Source: Spirochaetota bacterium
Lineage (GTDB): Bacteria; Spirochaetota; UBA4802; JAFGDQ01
Direction of reading: 5' to 3'
DNA length: 64,000 nt
Assembly: GCA_043803405.1 (NCBI GenBank)
Contig: JAZDKB010000010.1
Span: 32,001 to 96,000 of the forward strand
The position numbers were made by a program, and so were the translations under genes. Below, piece after piece: positions 10,548 to 19,231 of the stretch. How positions within the stretch are numbered: position 1 is the stretch's first letter; each line of letters begins with the position of its first letter. The notes below the pieces were generated by a model that was given only the letters and a program-made list of their open reading frames with translations, was not told the DNA's origin and made no database searches.

Positions 10548-12584
10548 TTAAATCCCAAGTATTCGCTGGGTTACATCGTCAAATGTCAGTCCAATTTTCC
10601 TTGCTGCTGCCATAAATCCGGCATCGGAGGCAAGACACGGGTTAGCATTAACCTCCAGTACCCACGGCTTCCCCTCGGCATCTACCCGAAAATCAACACG
10701 GGCATAGCCCTTAAGCCCGAACATGTCCCAGCACTTAAGCGCATCAATACTGAGTAATCTCAGCAAACGCTTATCATTTTTCTTAAAATCATAACTGCGA
10801 ATAGTATTTCTGTATTCAAACGAATCCTCTTCCCACTTCGCTTTATAATTTACTATCCGCGGTTTATCTTCCGGGTAATCCTTAAAAATAATCTCGGCAT
10901 GAGGCAAAACCTCAGGACCGTCCATACCGTCAAGAATCGCGATGTTAAACTCACGGCCGTCAATATAAAACTCGGCAAAACATTCTGTTTTATATCCGGA
11001 AGCAATCTTTCTAAAAATACTTTTATCTGTTTTACCGGTTATTTTTACCAGGGAATTCTCATTAATACCGATCGAAGCATGATCGAACAGGGATTTTATT
11101 ATATATGTTCCCTTGGGCAATTTTACTTTTTCGGCTTTAAATATTGAAAAATATTGAGGGGTAGAAATCCCGCTTTGCTTCATTATTTGCTTAGCCAGCA
11201 TTTTATTTCCTGTCATGGCTATTGCGTCTGACCCGGAACCCGTATAATCAAAAGATAAAGACTCAAGAACAGCAGGCGCAATTATCATAAGCCTGTCATG
11301 CCCGTCAACAGACTCAACCAGATTAAATACTTTTACAGGCTTTATTTGTAATAAGGATTTTTTTAGTTTATCAATATCAAGAGTCAACTCGATATTTACC
11401 GGTTCATAACCTAAACGTTTAACCGAAGCCGCAATCTCTTCCGCCTGTACCAAAACATCCTTTTCATCAGGAGATGCGTTTCCAGGCACGTGTTGATGTA
11501 AAATCACAATTTTTTTTAAATTAGTTTTTTTTTTGGCAGGTTTGGGAGTTTTATTATTTATAATTGAAGATATGTTTATTTCTTTTACCTTCTGAGGAGC
11601 AAACTCAAGCAATCCATAGCGTTTCAAAGCGGAATTGACGATAGAGCCTATAAGCGTAATATAAGGTATGCCTGCTTTTGTGCAGATTATAGGCAGATCG
11701 GAATGCTCAGGATGAAGCCCTGCAAGCGGATTTACTTCAATAAAGTTAGGTTTGCCTGCGCTATCGCATCTTATGTCTACCCTGCCCGCATCAAAGCACC
11801 CTAGCCCCCTCCACGCGTCCAGAGCCAGCTCTTCAGCAGCCTTTGCAGTCTCATCATCGGCTAAAGTATATGTAACCAGCTCCTCGCAATTCTCCTTGTT
11901 CGAAAACGAATAGACTCCGCTTTCTGCATTTTCGTGCAGTATTACTTCAAGGACGCCGGCAGAATAAGCTTCCCTGCCTGTGCCGATTATCCCAACGGTA
12001 AATTCGCGTCCAGGTAAATAGGATTCCACCAGCACAGGCTGATTATACCGTGCGAGAAGCCCTGAACAGACTTCAACAAGTGTTTTTTTATCTATTATTA
12101 CTGATGCAGCATTAATACCCTTACCTGTGCCTTCTGCATAAGGCTTGGCAAACATAGGGTAATTAAATCCGATTGACTCAATTTCGCTAACTGAGTTGAC
12201 AAGCTGAAATTCGGGAGTAGCGATCCCCAGATCGCGTATAACGCGTTTTGTAAGATCTTTATTTAACGAGAGTCCCATTATACAGGGATCGGAGAATGTA
12301 TACGGAATCCTGTAAGCATCGCACACGGCCGGCACCTGTGCTTCGCGCCCTATGCCATAAACTCCTTCTGCGATGTTAAACACAATATCCCAGCGTTTGC
12401 CTTCAGTAAGATTCGGGACAAGCTCTGCGATATTGCCTATGCGTTCGGTTTCAAAACCCAAATCATTAAGCGTTTTCTCAATAGCATCAACCGTTTCGCC
12501 GAAATCAAACTCGGCAACATCCTCTTCGGAGAATCCAAGATTTCGGTAATAATCCCTTAAATCATAGGTAAGGCCAATCAGCAT
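10548..12584 (-). CDS. Fused tandem ATP-grasp amide ligase (two D-Ala-D-Ala-ligase-like domains)
   Basis: Domain 1: KP..EGTGKG, E.YLPGREF, RVD, IEVNP. Lys/Asn-rich linker. Domain 2: E.YIDGREF, YARVDFR, LEVNANP. Confidence 0.88.
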   Translation of the reverse strand: MLIGLTYDLRDYYRNLGFSEEDVAEFDFGETVDAIEKTLNDLGFETERIGNIAELVPNLTEGKRWDIVFNIAEGVYGIGREAQVPAVCDAYRIPYTFSDPCIMGLSLNKDLTKRVIRDLGIATPEFQLVNSVSEIESIGFNYPMFAKPYAEGTGKGINAASVIIDKKTLVEVCSGLLARYNQPVLVESYLPGREFTVGIIGTGREAYSAGVLEVILHENAESGVYSFSNKENCEELVTYTLADDETAKAAEELALDAWRGLGCFDAGRVDIRCDSAGKPNFIEVNPLAGLHPEHSDLPIICTKAGIPYITLIGSIVNSALKRYGLLEFAPQKVKEINISSIINNKTPKPAKKKTNLKKIVILHQHVPGNASPDEKDVLVQAEEIAASVKRLGYEPVNIELTLDIDKLKKSLLQIKPVKVFNLVESVDGHDRLMIIAPAVLESLSFDYTGSGSDAIAMTGNKMLAKQIMKQSGISTPQYFSIFKAEKVKLPKGTYIIKSLFDHASIGINENSLVKITGKTDKSIFRKIASGYKTECFAEFYIDGREFNIAILDGMDGPEVLPHAEIIFKDYPEDKPRIVNYKAKWEEDSFEYRNTIRSYDFKKNDKRLLRLLSIDALKCWDMFGLKGYARVDFRVDAEGKPWVLEVNANPCLASDAGFMAAARKIGLTFDDVTQRILGI

Positions 12585-12595
12585 TTATAGTCCTG

Positions 12596-13921
12596 TTACT
12601 CGGCAGAGCATGTATCTGGATAGGTGAATATTTTGTCCTCGTAGTTCTTAAGAACAACTGATGAACCATCGCGTCCCTGATAATATCCCGGCTGAAGCGG
12701 AATTTTTCCTCCGCCGCCTGGTGCGTCGATCACATAATTAGGGACTGCAAAACCTGTTGTATGGCCGCGAAGCCCCTTAATAATTTCAATGCCCTTCTCA
12801 ACCGGAGTTCTGAAATGGGAAGATCCCGATATAGGATCACATTGATATAAATAGTACGGACGCACTCTGGCCATTAAAAGCTTATGATAAAGAGATTTCA
12901 TGGTATCAATATTGTCATTTACCCCTTTTAAAAGCACTGTCTGGCTTCCAAGCGGAATACCGGCATTTGAAAGCCTGCTGCAAGCGGTTTCCGTTTCAGG
13001 AGTAATCTCCTCAGGATGAGTAAAATGAATATTCATCCATAACGGATGATATTTCTTAAGCATGTTAACCAGATGAGGCGTAATCCTCTGCGGAAGCACA
13101 ACAGGAACCTTAGTGCCGATTCTGATTATTTCAACATGCTGAATGGTTCTGAGAGATGAAAGCAACCATTCAAGCGATTCATCCGAAAGTGTAAGCGGAT
13201 CCCCGCCCGAAATGAGCACATCCCTTATTTCTTTGTGCGATTCAATATATGCAATTGCCATCTCCCAGTGCTTTGTGTTAATAATATTTGAACGGGAGTG
13301 GCCCACCATCCTGGAGCGTGTGCAATATCTGCAATATGTTGAGCAGAAGTCCGTTACAAGGAAAAGCACTCTGTCCGGATATCTGTGAACAAGCCCGGGT
13401 ACAGGGCTGTCGTTTTCTTCATGCAAAGGATCATCCGATTCTCCTTCAGCGCGCTTTAATTCAGCAGCTACAGGAATAACACATCTGCGTAAAGGATGAG
13501 AAGCATCGTCCCTGTCAATCAGACTGGCATAATAAGGTGTAATCGACAAAGGGAGCATTCCATTTGAATTCTCAAGCGCATCTTTTTCTTCTTCAGACAG
13601 CCTGAAAATGAGCGATAATTCGCTGCCCGTTTTTATCCTGTTCTGGAGCTGCCAGCGCCAGTCGTTCCATTGCTCTTTGCCAATGTTAGGATAATGACTT
13701 TTTCTAAAAAGATTGGTTCTGGCTGATGATGCATTTCTGGTTGGAAATTTTTCTTTTAAAACATAAGGAGATAATAATGGAGCTGTAAATAATTCAGATG
13801 TTACAGTACTACTGGAAGGAGGTTCATCTGAATCGGAATATTCCTCTGCGGCATTTGTGACAATGTTTGAAGTGTCTTTAACCGCATTTGAGGAAGATAT
13901 AGATAATCTTTGATGCTGCAT
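12596..13921 (-). CDS. KamA family radical SAM/PLP aminomutase (lysine 2,3-aminomutase type)
   Basis: WNDWRWQ, HRYPDR, CSTYCRYCTR (CxxxCxxC), SGGDPL, YQCD, IDAPGGGGK (PLP lysine). Confidence 0.92.
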   Translation of the reverse strand: MQHQRLSISSSNAVKDTSNIVTNAAEEYSDSDEPPSSSTVTSELFTAPLLSPYVLKEKFPTRNASSARTNLFRKSHYPNIGKEQWNDWRWQLQNRIKTGSELSLIFRLSEEEKDALENSNGMLPLSITPYYASLIDRDDASHPLRRCVIPVAAELKRAEGESDDPLHEENDSPVPGLVHRYPDRVLFLVTDFCSTYCRYCTRSRMVGHSRSNIINTKHWEMAIAYIESHKEIRDVLISGGDPLTLSDESLEWLLSSLRTIQHVEIIRIGTKVPVVLPQRITPHLVNMLKKYHPLWMNIHFTHPEEITPETETACSRLSNAGIPLGSQTVLLKGVNDNIDTMKSLYHKLLMARVRPYYLYQCDPISGSSHFRTPVEKGIEIIKGLRGHTTGFAVPNYVIDAPGGGGKIPLQPGYYQGRDGSSVVLKNYEDKIFTYPDTCSAE

Positions 13922-13993
13922 GTCGCGTACCTCATTTTATAATTAACAAAGCTTACGACCTAAAAAAGGTCTAAAATATTTTTATTAAATCCG

Positions 13994-14027
13994 AGAGAGT
14001 TAAAAAATATAATACTCTCTTTGTCAA
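13994..14027 (-). promoter_or_regulatory. Candidate sigma-70 promoter with overlapping inverted-repeat operator for the KamA operon
   Basis: Minus strand TTGACA (14027-14022) followed by AGAGAGT-N13-ACTCTCT. Confidence 0.35.
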
Positions 14028-14333
14028 TAATAATACACAATTTTTTTAAAGAAAAAATTTTTTTGAATTTTACAAATAAAATCCCAACATGTTTTTCTTA
14101 TTCTTTTTTCTTTATATCGTAATCTTTTAAAAATTGTTTAATGATTTTTCTTCAGCTTTTCAATTAAAATCTATTGTCTGATTATGTCGCATATAATTAA
14201 TATGTCATCTCTTTTTTTATTATGACTAAAATTTTTTTTATTTTTCTCAAATATCTTTCAGCCATAATCCAAGACATCTGTTCTTCCGGCATCTTAAGGA
14301 TAAGCACGCTTCATTTATTATAAAATATCCGGC

Positions 14334-14933
14334 CTAAATTCTAATACCGGAAAATCCATAAAAGATAAGAGCCAGCAGAACGAAGTTCAATATTGCAATC
14401 GGAATACCCATTAATCCGGATGGAATTTCAGCAAGTTCCAGTCTATCAATAATTCCTGATATCAAAACCAGAACAAAAGTAAAAGCCAATCCGGCACCTA
14501 TCCCATGCGCAGCTGCTTCAACAAAAAGGTTAAACGAAAAAAAGCCGGATTCAATATTAAATAACGATATTGATGTCCCTAAAAAAGCGCAGTTAAAAAG
14601 CAAATAAGGAAAAAATATATTTACGGATTGGGAAATTGCGGGAAAAAATCTGTTTGCAGCTGTTTTAAAAAGCTGAACAAATATAATAATAATTAAATTA
14701 AAAATAATACATTTTAACAGAAGAAATTCAATGGTGAAAAAATGTTTTACAACAAGGGAATAAATAATAGATGTAAATATCATAACAAAAGAAAATGCAA
14801 GTCCGGCTTTGAGGGTTAATCCCGGTTTTTGAAGAAAAGAAAAGAAAGGAGGCTTCCTGACAACACGGGGCAAAAAATAATTGCTGATAAACAAGGAAAT
14901 AATCGCAGTAAAAAATAAGATTTTAATCTCCAT
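14334..14933 (-). CDS. rnfA: RnfA/RsxA-like membrane subunit (divergent)
   Basis: Six hydrophobic helices, NCAFLG, GIGAGLAF, GIIDRLELAEIP..LMGIPI, FYGFSG C-terminus. Confidence 0.7.
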   Translation of the reverse strand: MEIKILFFTAIISLFISNYFLPRVVRKPPFFSFLQKPGLTLKAGLAFSFVMIFTSIIYSLVVKHFFTIEFLLLKCIIFNLIIIIFVQLFKTAANRFFPAISQSVNIFFPYLLFNCAFLGTSISLFNIESGFFSFNLFVEAAAHGIGAGLAFTFVLVLISGIIDRLELAEIPSGLMGIPIAILNFVLLALIFYGFSGIRI

Positions 14934-14997
14934 AATAGCTTCCTAAAATTTCAATTCCTGCACATTAAGTAATCCGCCTAGATGCAATTTATACTGA

Positions 14998-15855
14998 TTA
15001 TATTATCGCGCCAAAAACACGAGGCTTTGAATATTTGTCAATTAATGGAACTGCTGCATTCATAAACAGAATAGCAAAACAAACGCCTTCTTCGAATGCC
15101 CCCACTGTACGGATTACGAATGTAAATATTCCGCATCCAATGCCGAATATTAACATGCCTTTCTTTGTTACAGGCGATGTTACCATATCCGTTGCCATAA
15201 AAAATGCTCCAAGGAAAAGACCGGCAGAAAAAAAATGAATCGTGATAATCCTTAACGAAATCTCATTTCCTGAAATAATATTATAAAGAATTACAATAAT
15301 AAAAAAAGATCCAAGGTAGCTGGCAGGGATATGCCAGCTTATTATTTTATTGATCATAAGAAAAACTGCGCCTATTAAAAGCAATATTAAGGGAATTATC
15401 CCTATTTCCTGGTTAACGGCCATTTCCGCAGGCCATAAAGCTATTAATAAGGCTATTGCAGCCAAAGCTGGATTAAATATATTAAAACCCAGTCCGCCGA
15501 ACGCCTGTTTAACAATTATTATTGCAAAAAAAGAAGCAATTGCCGTCATCCAAACAGGCAGACCGTGAGGAACGTTCATGGCAATCAGCAATCCGGTAAT
15601 CACTGCAGAACCGTCCGGAATACTCACTTTTTTATAAATAATTGCCTGATACAAAAATTCGATGATTGCTGCAGAAAATACTGATACTGCCAGAAGAATC
15701 AAATAACTAATACCTGACAAATAAATTGTATAAACGTTCGAAGGCAAAAGAGCCAATACGACAAACCACATGATCTTTCCGATGGATTGGCAGTCTCTGA
15801 TGTGAGGCGAGTCCGAATTTATTAATTTTGATATTGATTTTTCTTTTTCGGTCAT
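14998..15855 (-). CDS. rnfD: RnfD/RsxD-like membrane subunit (short, internal deletion)
   Basis: SPHIR, DGSAVITGLL, KQAFGGLGFNIFNPA, FFMATDMVTSP, EGVCFAILFMN. Confidence 0.82.
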   Translation of the reverse strand: MTEKEKSISKLINSDSPHIRDCQSIGKIMWFVVLALLPSNVYTIYLSGISYLILLAVSVFSAAIIEFLYQAIIYKKVSIPDGSAVITGLLIAMNVPHGLPVWMTAIASFFAIIIVKQAFGGLGFNIFNPALAAIALLIALWPAEMAVNQEIGIIPLILLLIGAVFLMINKIISWHIPASYLGSFFIIVILYNIISGNEISLRIITIHFFSAGLFLGAFFMATDMVTSPVTKKGMLIFGIGCGIFTFVIRTVGAFEEGVCFAILFMNAAVPLIDKYSKPRVFGAII

Positions 15856-15883
15856 CGGTAATTTAATTATATTTAAAATTTTG

Positions 15884-17206
15884 CTAATTATTGCTCTGAA
15901 TGGTTTCCTGGGCAGTCTTTATCAGACTGCTGATTGGCCTTTTCGCAGGGCACACAAATGAACACGAACCGCATTTTATGCAGTCGAAAATATTTTGCTT
16001 CTCAAGTAAATCAAATCTGGATTTGAGTGCGGCCTGCCCAAGATCGCCCGGAACAAGCCGGGACGGGCATGCCGCTGTGCAACGTCCGCACCTAATACAT
16101 GGTCCATAGCTTTCCCTATGGACTTCCGCTTTTGAAAGAAATACGATACCTGTTGTCCCTTTTAATACAGGCATATCATAGCCAGATACTGAAAAACCGC
16201 GCATCGGCCCGCCCATAATTATTTTTGCAGGCTCTTCTTTACAGCCTCCGCATTCTTCGATTATATCGCAAATTCTCGTACCTATTCTGAGTTTATAATT
16301 TCCGGGTTTATTGATAATTTTCCCGGTTACGGTTACAAACCTCTCGAAAAGAGGTTTACCGAATACACAAGCATCTCTTATCGCAAAAACAGTTGCTGCA
16401 TTAAGCACAACAATTCCGCTGTCTGCAGGTTGTTTACCGGAAGGAATTTCCATTTTAAGTATGCTGCTAATAAGCTGTCTTTCAGAACCCTGAGGATATT
16501 TTGTTTTTAAAAGAACAATCTTAATGTTTTCTTTTGCAGAATTTTTATCCAGAATATCTTTCAATGCCTGAACAGCTTCCGGTTTGTTGTTTTCTATCCC
16601 GAAAAAAGCATTATTAATGCCAAGAATTTTTAAAACAATTTTAATACCTTCTATAATCTCTTCAGGATAAACTTTTATCAACATTTCATCCGCTGTGAGA
16701 TAAGGCTCCGATTCAGCTCCATTGATTAATAAATATTCTGTTTTTTTACTTTTATGCGAAGATAATTTAACGCTAGTCGGGAATGCTTCACCGCCCATGC
16801 CTACTATTCCAGCTTCTCTGATTCTTTCGATTAAAGATTCTTTTTTTAAATCCTGCCATGCAGTCTTTTCGCGTTTTTTACCGGATGTATTAAACCTGCC
16901 ATCGGATTCAATCATTATGCATTTGCATTTCCCCTGAGAAAAAATCTGCTGTTCTGTAATAGAAATAACTTTCCCAGGTACGGACGAATGAACATTAGCG
17001 CTTAATAGTCCGTCAGCTTTTCCGATTAATTGTCCTTCCTGAATTAAATCACCGACATTTACTATAGGATAAGCCGGATTTCCGATATGCTGTTTAAGTG
17101 GTATATTGCAGATATGAGGAACAGATAAGTTGGAAAAACCCTTCCCGGAGGTAATTTTTTTCTCCGGAAAAGGATGAATTCCTCCCTTGAAAGTGTTTAA
17201 TAACAT
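15884..17206 (-). CDS. rnfC: Electron transport complex subunit RnfC/RsxC
   Basis: FKGGIHP, QHIGNPA, GIVGMGG..FPT, EPYLTAD, YPQGSE, CIRCGRC..ACP and CIKCGSC..VCP ferredoxin motifs. Confidence 0.92.
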   Translation of the reverse strand: MLLNTFKGGIHPFPEKKITSGKGFSNLSVPHICNIPLKQHIGNPAYPIVNVGDLIQEGQLIGKADGLLSANVHSSVPGKVISITEQQIFSQGKCKCIMIESDGRFNTSGKKREKTAWQDLKKESLIERIREAGIVGMGGEAFPTSVKLSSHKSKKTEYLLINGAESEPYLTADEMLIKVYPEEIIEGIKIVLKILGINNAFFGIENNKPEAVQALKDILDKNSAKENIKIVLLKTKYPQGSERQLISSILKMEIPSGKQPADSGIVVLNAATVFAIRDACVFGKPLFERFVTVTGKIINKPGNYKLRIGTRICDIIEECGGCKEEPAKIIMGGPMRGFSVSGYDMPVLKGTTGIVFLSKAEVHRESYGPCIRCGRCTAACPSRLVPGDLGQAALKSRFDLLEKQNIFDCIKCGSCSFVCPAKRPISSLIKTAQETIQSNN

Positions 17207-17218
17207 CGAGGGCCTCTT

Positions 17219-17497
17219 TTAAGCCTTCGTTGAATATATTTCGTCCTTTATAGGTAATTCTTTTCTAAGGTTCTTGATGTATGGAAAAAGTTCGCCGTTT
17301 TCCACATAATATTCGCAATCGTCCATTATTCTTCTTGCAACCGTAAAGTATTTATAAAACTTCTCTTCGCCCGATCTCTTTACCCACTGTTTTTTTGTAC
17401 ATTTTACTCTGAGTACATATCTTTCAGGTTCAGATTCATATTGTCTTATAAGTATACAGTTTGCGCAATTGGCACAGAATATCTTTTCCATTACCAT
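17219..17497 (-). CDS. Small Cys-rich conserved hypothetical protein
   Basis: CANCANC plus two further Cys; 12 bp upstream of rnfC. Confidence 0.75.
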   Translation of the reverse strand: MVMEKIFCANCANCILIRQYESEPERYVLRVKCTKKQWVKRSGEEKFYKYFTVARRIMDDCEYYVENGELFPYIKNLRKELPIKDEIYSTKA

Positions 17498-17636
17498 TTA
17501 TTACTCCTGGCAAAATATTAATAAAAATTAAAAATAAAACCATTACAAGAAAATTATTCCCGGTTTTTCCGGAAATTGCTATTATTAAAGATGCACAAGT
17601 TTATGTCAACAACTTAGCAATTGCGTCAAGTTTTTT

Positions 17637-19106
17637 TTATTTATTGCCGCCCTTTTTAAGAGAAGTCAGATTATTTAAAGTTCTGTAAACAAGATCATAA
17701 GAATTCGATGCGTTCCAGAAAAGATAGCCCTGAGCTCCGGCATCCCTGCAAGCGGCAATCTGCTTAATTATATAATTCTCATTGTAACTTGATGCCGGCA
17801 CTCTCCATCCGAAAGCCTGCAGCCATGGCCTCACAGGTTTCCCGTTTGCCAGCAATTTAGTTCTTCTGGTCCCTTCCAGAATAAAATGATACGGTTCATC
17901 GCCCGGTTTTGCAAATCCGTCAAAATCGTCGTCAAAATGAGAGGGATATAACATAGGAGAAATAACATCGCAATATCTGGAAAGCGCCTCCACTCTCTGC
18001 CCTGTTTTTTCAATATCTATTTCTTTTCCCCAGGACACTACGCCGAATATATCAACCGAAAACAAAGTATTTCTTTTTGATATTTCGCCGTATGCCTTTT
18101 GCAAAAAAAGAGTTATAACTGATTCTTTAGACATTTTGCCGTAATGATAGGCGTAATCCGCATCCCGTAAATCGCCTTTTGTCGGGAACCTGATATAATC
18201 GAACTGAATCTCATCAACCCCTTTTTCCGCAAGCTCAACCGCAATATCAATATTATATTCCTGAACATATTTATTTGACGGATCGCACCATATTTCCTTT
18301 GCACCCAAATTCCATATCCGGCCGGTTCTTTTTGATTTAATGGCAAAATTCGCATTTTTTAGACAAAGCAGGTGGTCTCTGAATACGGCTATTCTTGCAA
18401 TCGTATAAATTCCCTGCTCTTTTAAAGCCCTGATCATTTTGCCGATATTATCAATTGCTCTTTTTTCATGAGTATTATATTTCAGGACATTGGCCACATT
18501 ACTGTAATAATTTACTTCACCTGTTACATCCTTTGCGTCAAAAACGATTGTATTGATCCCTATATCCCTGAGTTTCGGAAGCAAATTCAAAAAGTTTTCG
18601 CTTCCTGCGGAAGTGCCTGTAAAATACAAACCTCTTGTGTAAGTTAAATCGGATCTTTTAAAATTCTTTAATCCGGATATTATCGAGGGAATTGAATCCG
18701 GAATATATAACAGCATATCATTTTTTACAATATCCTGTTTTAGACCGTTATACTCCATGAGCGCATTACGGAGCCTGTTTATTCTATAAAAATTAGTATA
18801 CCCAATGGACAGCTTTGCAGCATCCTTTACCGTGCTGCCTTTTTTTACCTTTAAAAATAACGCGTTGCCGAAATGAATAAAGTCTTTTTGCAGATTTTTA
18901 TACGGTTTGACGAACCTGGCGCCGGATACATTTATTATCCTGAAATTATTTTTATCATCCTGGACATTATTATCACCATAAAAATATTTTCTTATATCAT
19001 TGATAAAATAATTTATTCCATTGAAATTATTGCTTGAATAAATTAAAATTACAATAAAAACATAAGCAAACAATAAAATATAAATATTTCTTTTTGATAA
19101 ATACAT
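17637..19106 (-). CDS. Membrane-anchored putative glycoside hydrolase (DUF4015-like TIM barrel) with LysM-like segment
   Basis: N-terminal TM, VFDAKD, IARIAVFRD, GVDEIQFDYIRFP, ISPMLYPSH, RPWLQAF. Confidence 0.75.
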   Translation of the reverse strand: MYLSKRNIYILLFAYVFIVILIYSSNNFNGINYFINDIRKYFYGDNNVQDDKNNFRIINVSGARFVKPYKNLQKDFIHFGNALFLKVKKGSTVKDAAKLSIGYTNFYRINRLRNALMEYNGLKQDIVKNDMLLYIPDSIPSIISGLKNFKRSDLTYTRGLYFTGTSAGSENFLNLLPKLRDIGINTIVFDAKDVTGEVNYYSNVANVLKYNTHEKRAIDNIGKMIRALKEQGIYTIARIAVFRDHLLCLKNANFAIKSKRTGRIWNLGAKEIWCDPSNKYVQEYNIDIAVELAEKGVDEIQFDYIRFPTKGDLRDADYAYHYGKMSKESVITLFLQKAYGEISKRNTLFSVDIFGVVSWGKEIDIEKTGQRVEALSRYCDVISPMLYPSHFDDDFDGFAKPGDEPYHFILEGTRRTKLLANGKPVRPWLQAFGWRVPASSYNENYIIKQIAACRDAGAQGYLFWNASNSYDLVYRTLNNLTSLKKGGNK

Positions 19107-19231
19107 AAGCTGTTATAATATCAGGAGCAAATTACCGTTTGCCTGTTTTTCTCTGGCAGAAATTTGATGATAGACCTAATTAGAAGAAAGGCACTATAAA
19201 ATCAACTTAAAAAACTGCCGTTTTCCGGAGT

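Noticed and set aside
10548..12584. Calling this the housekeeping D-Ala-D-Ala ligase (ddl)
   Set aside because: Double length, lacks Ddl substrate motifs, and is not in a mur/dcw context.
9958..13921. Simple ablAB (N-epsilon-acetyl-beta-lysine) or epmAB locus
   Set aside because: GNAT does not resemble AblB, no epmA or efp nearby, and the intervening ligase would be unexplained. Cannot be fully excluded.
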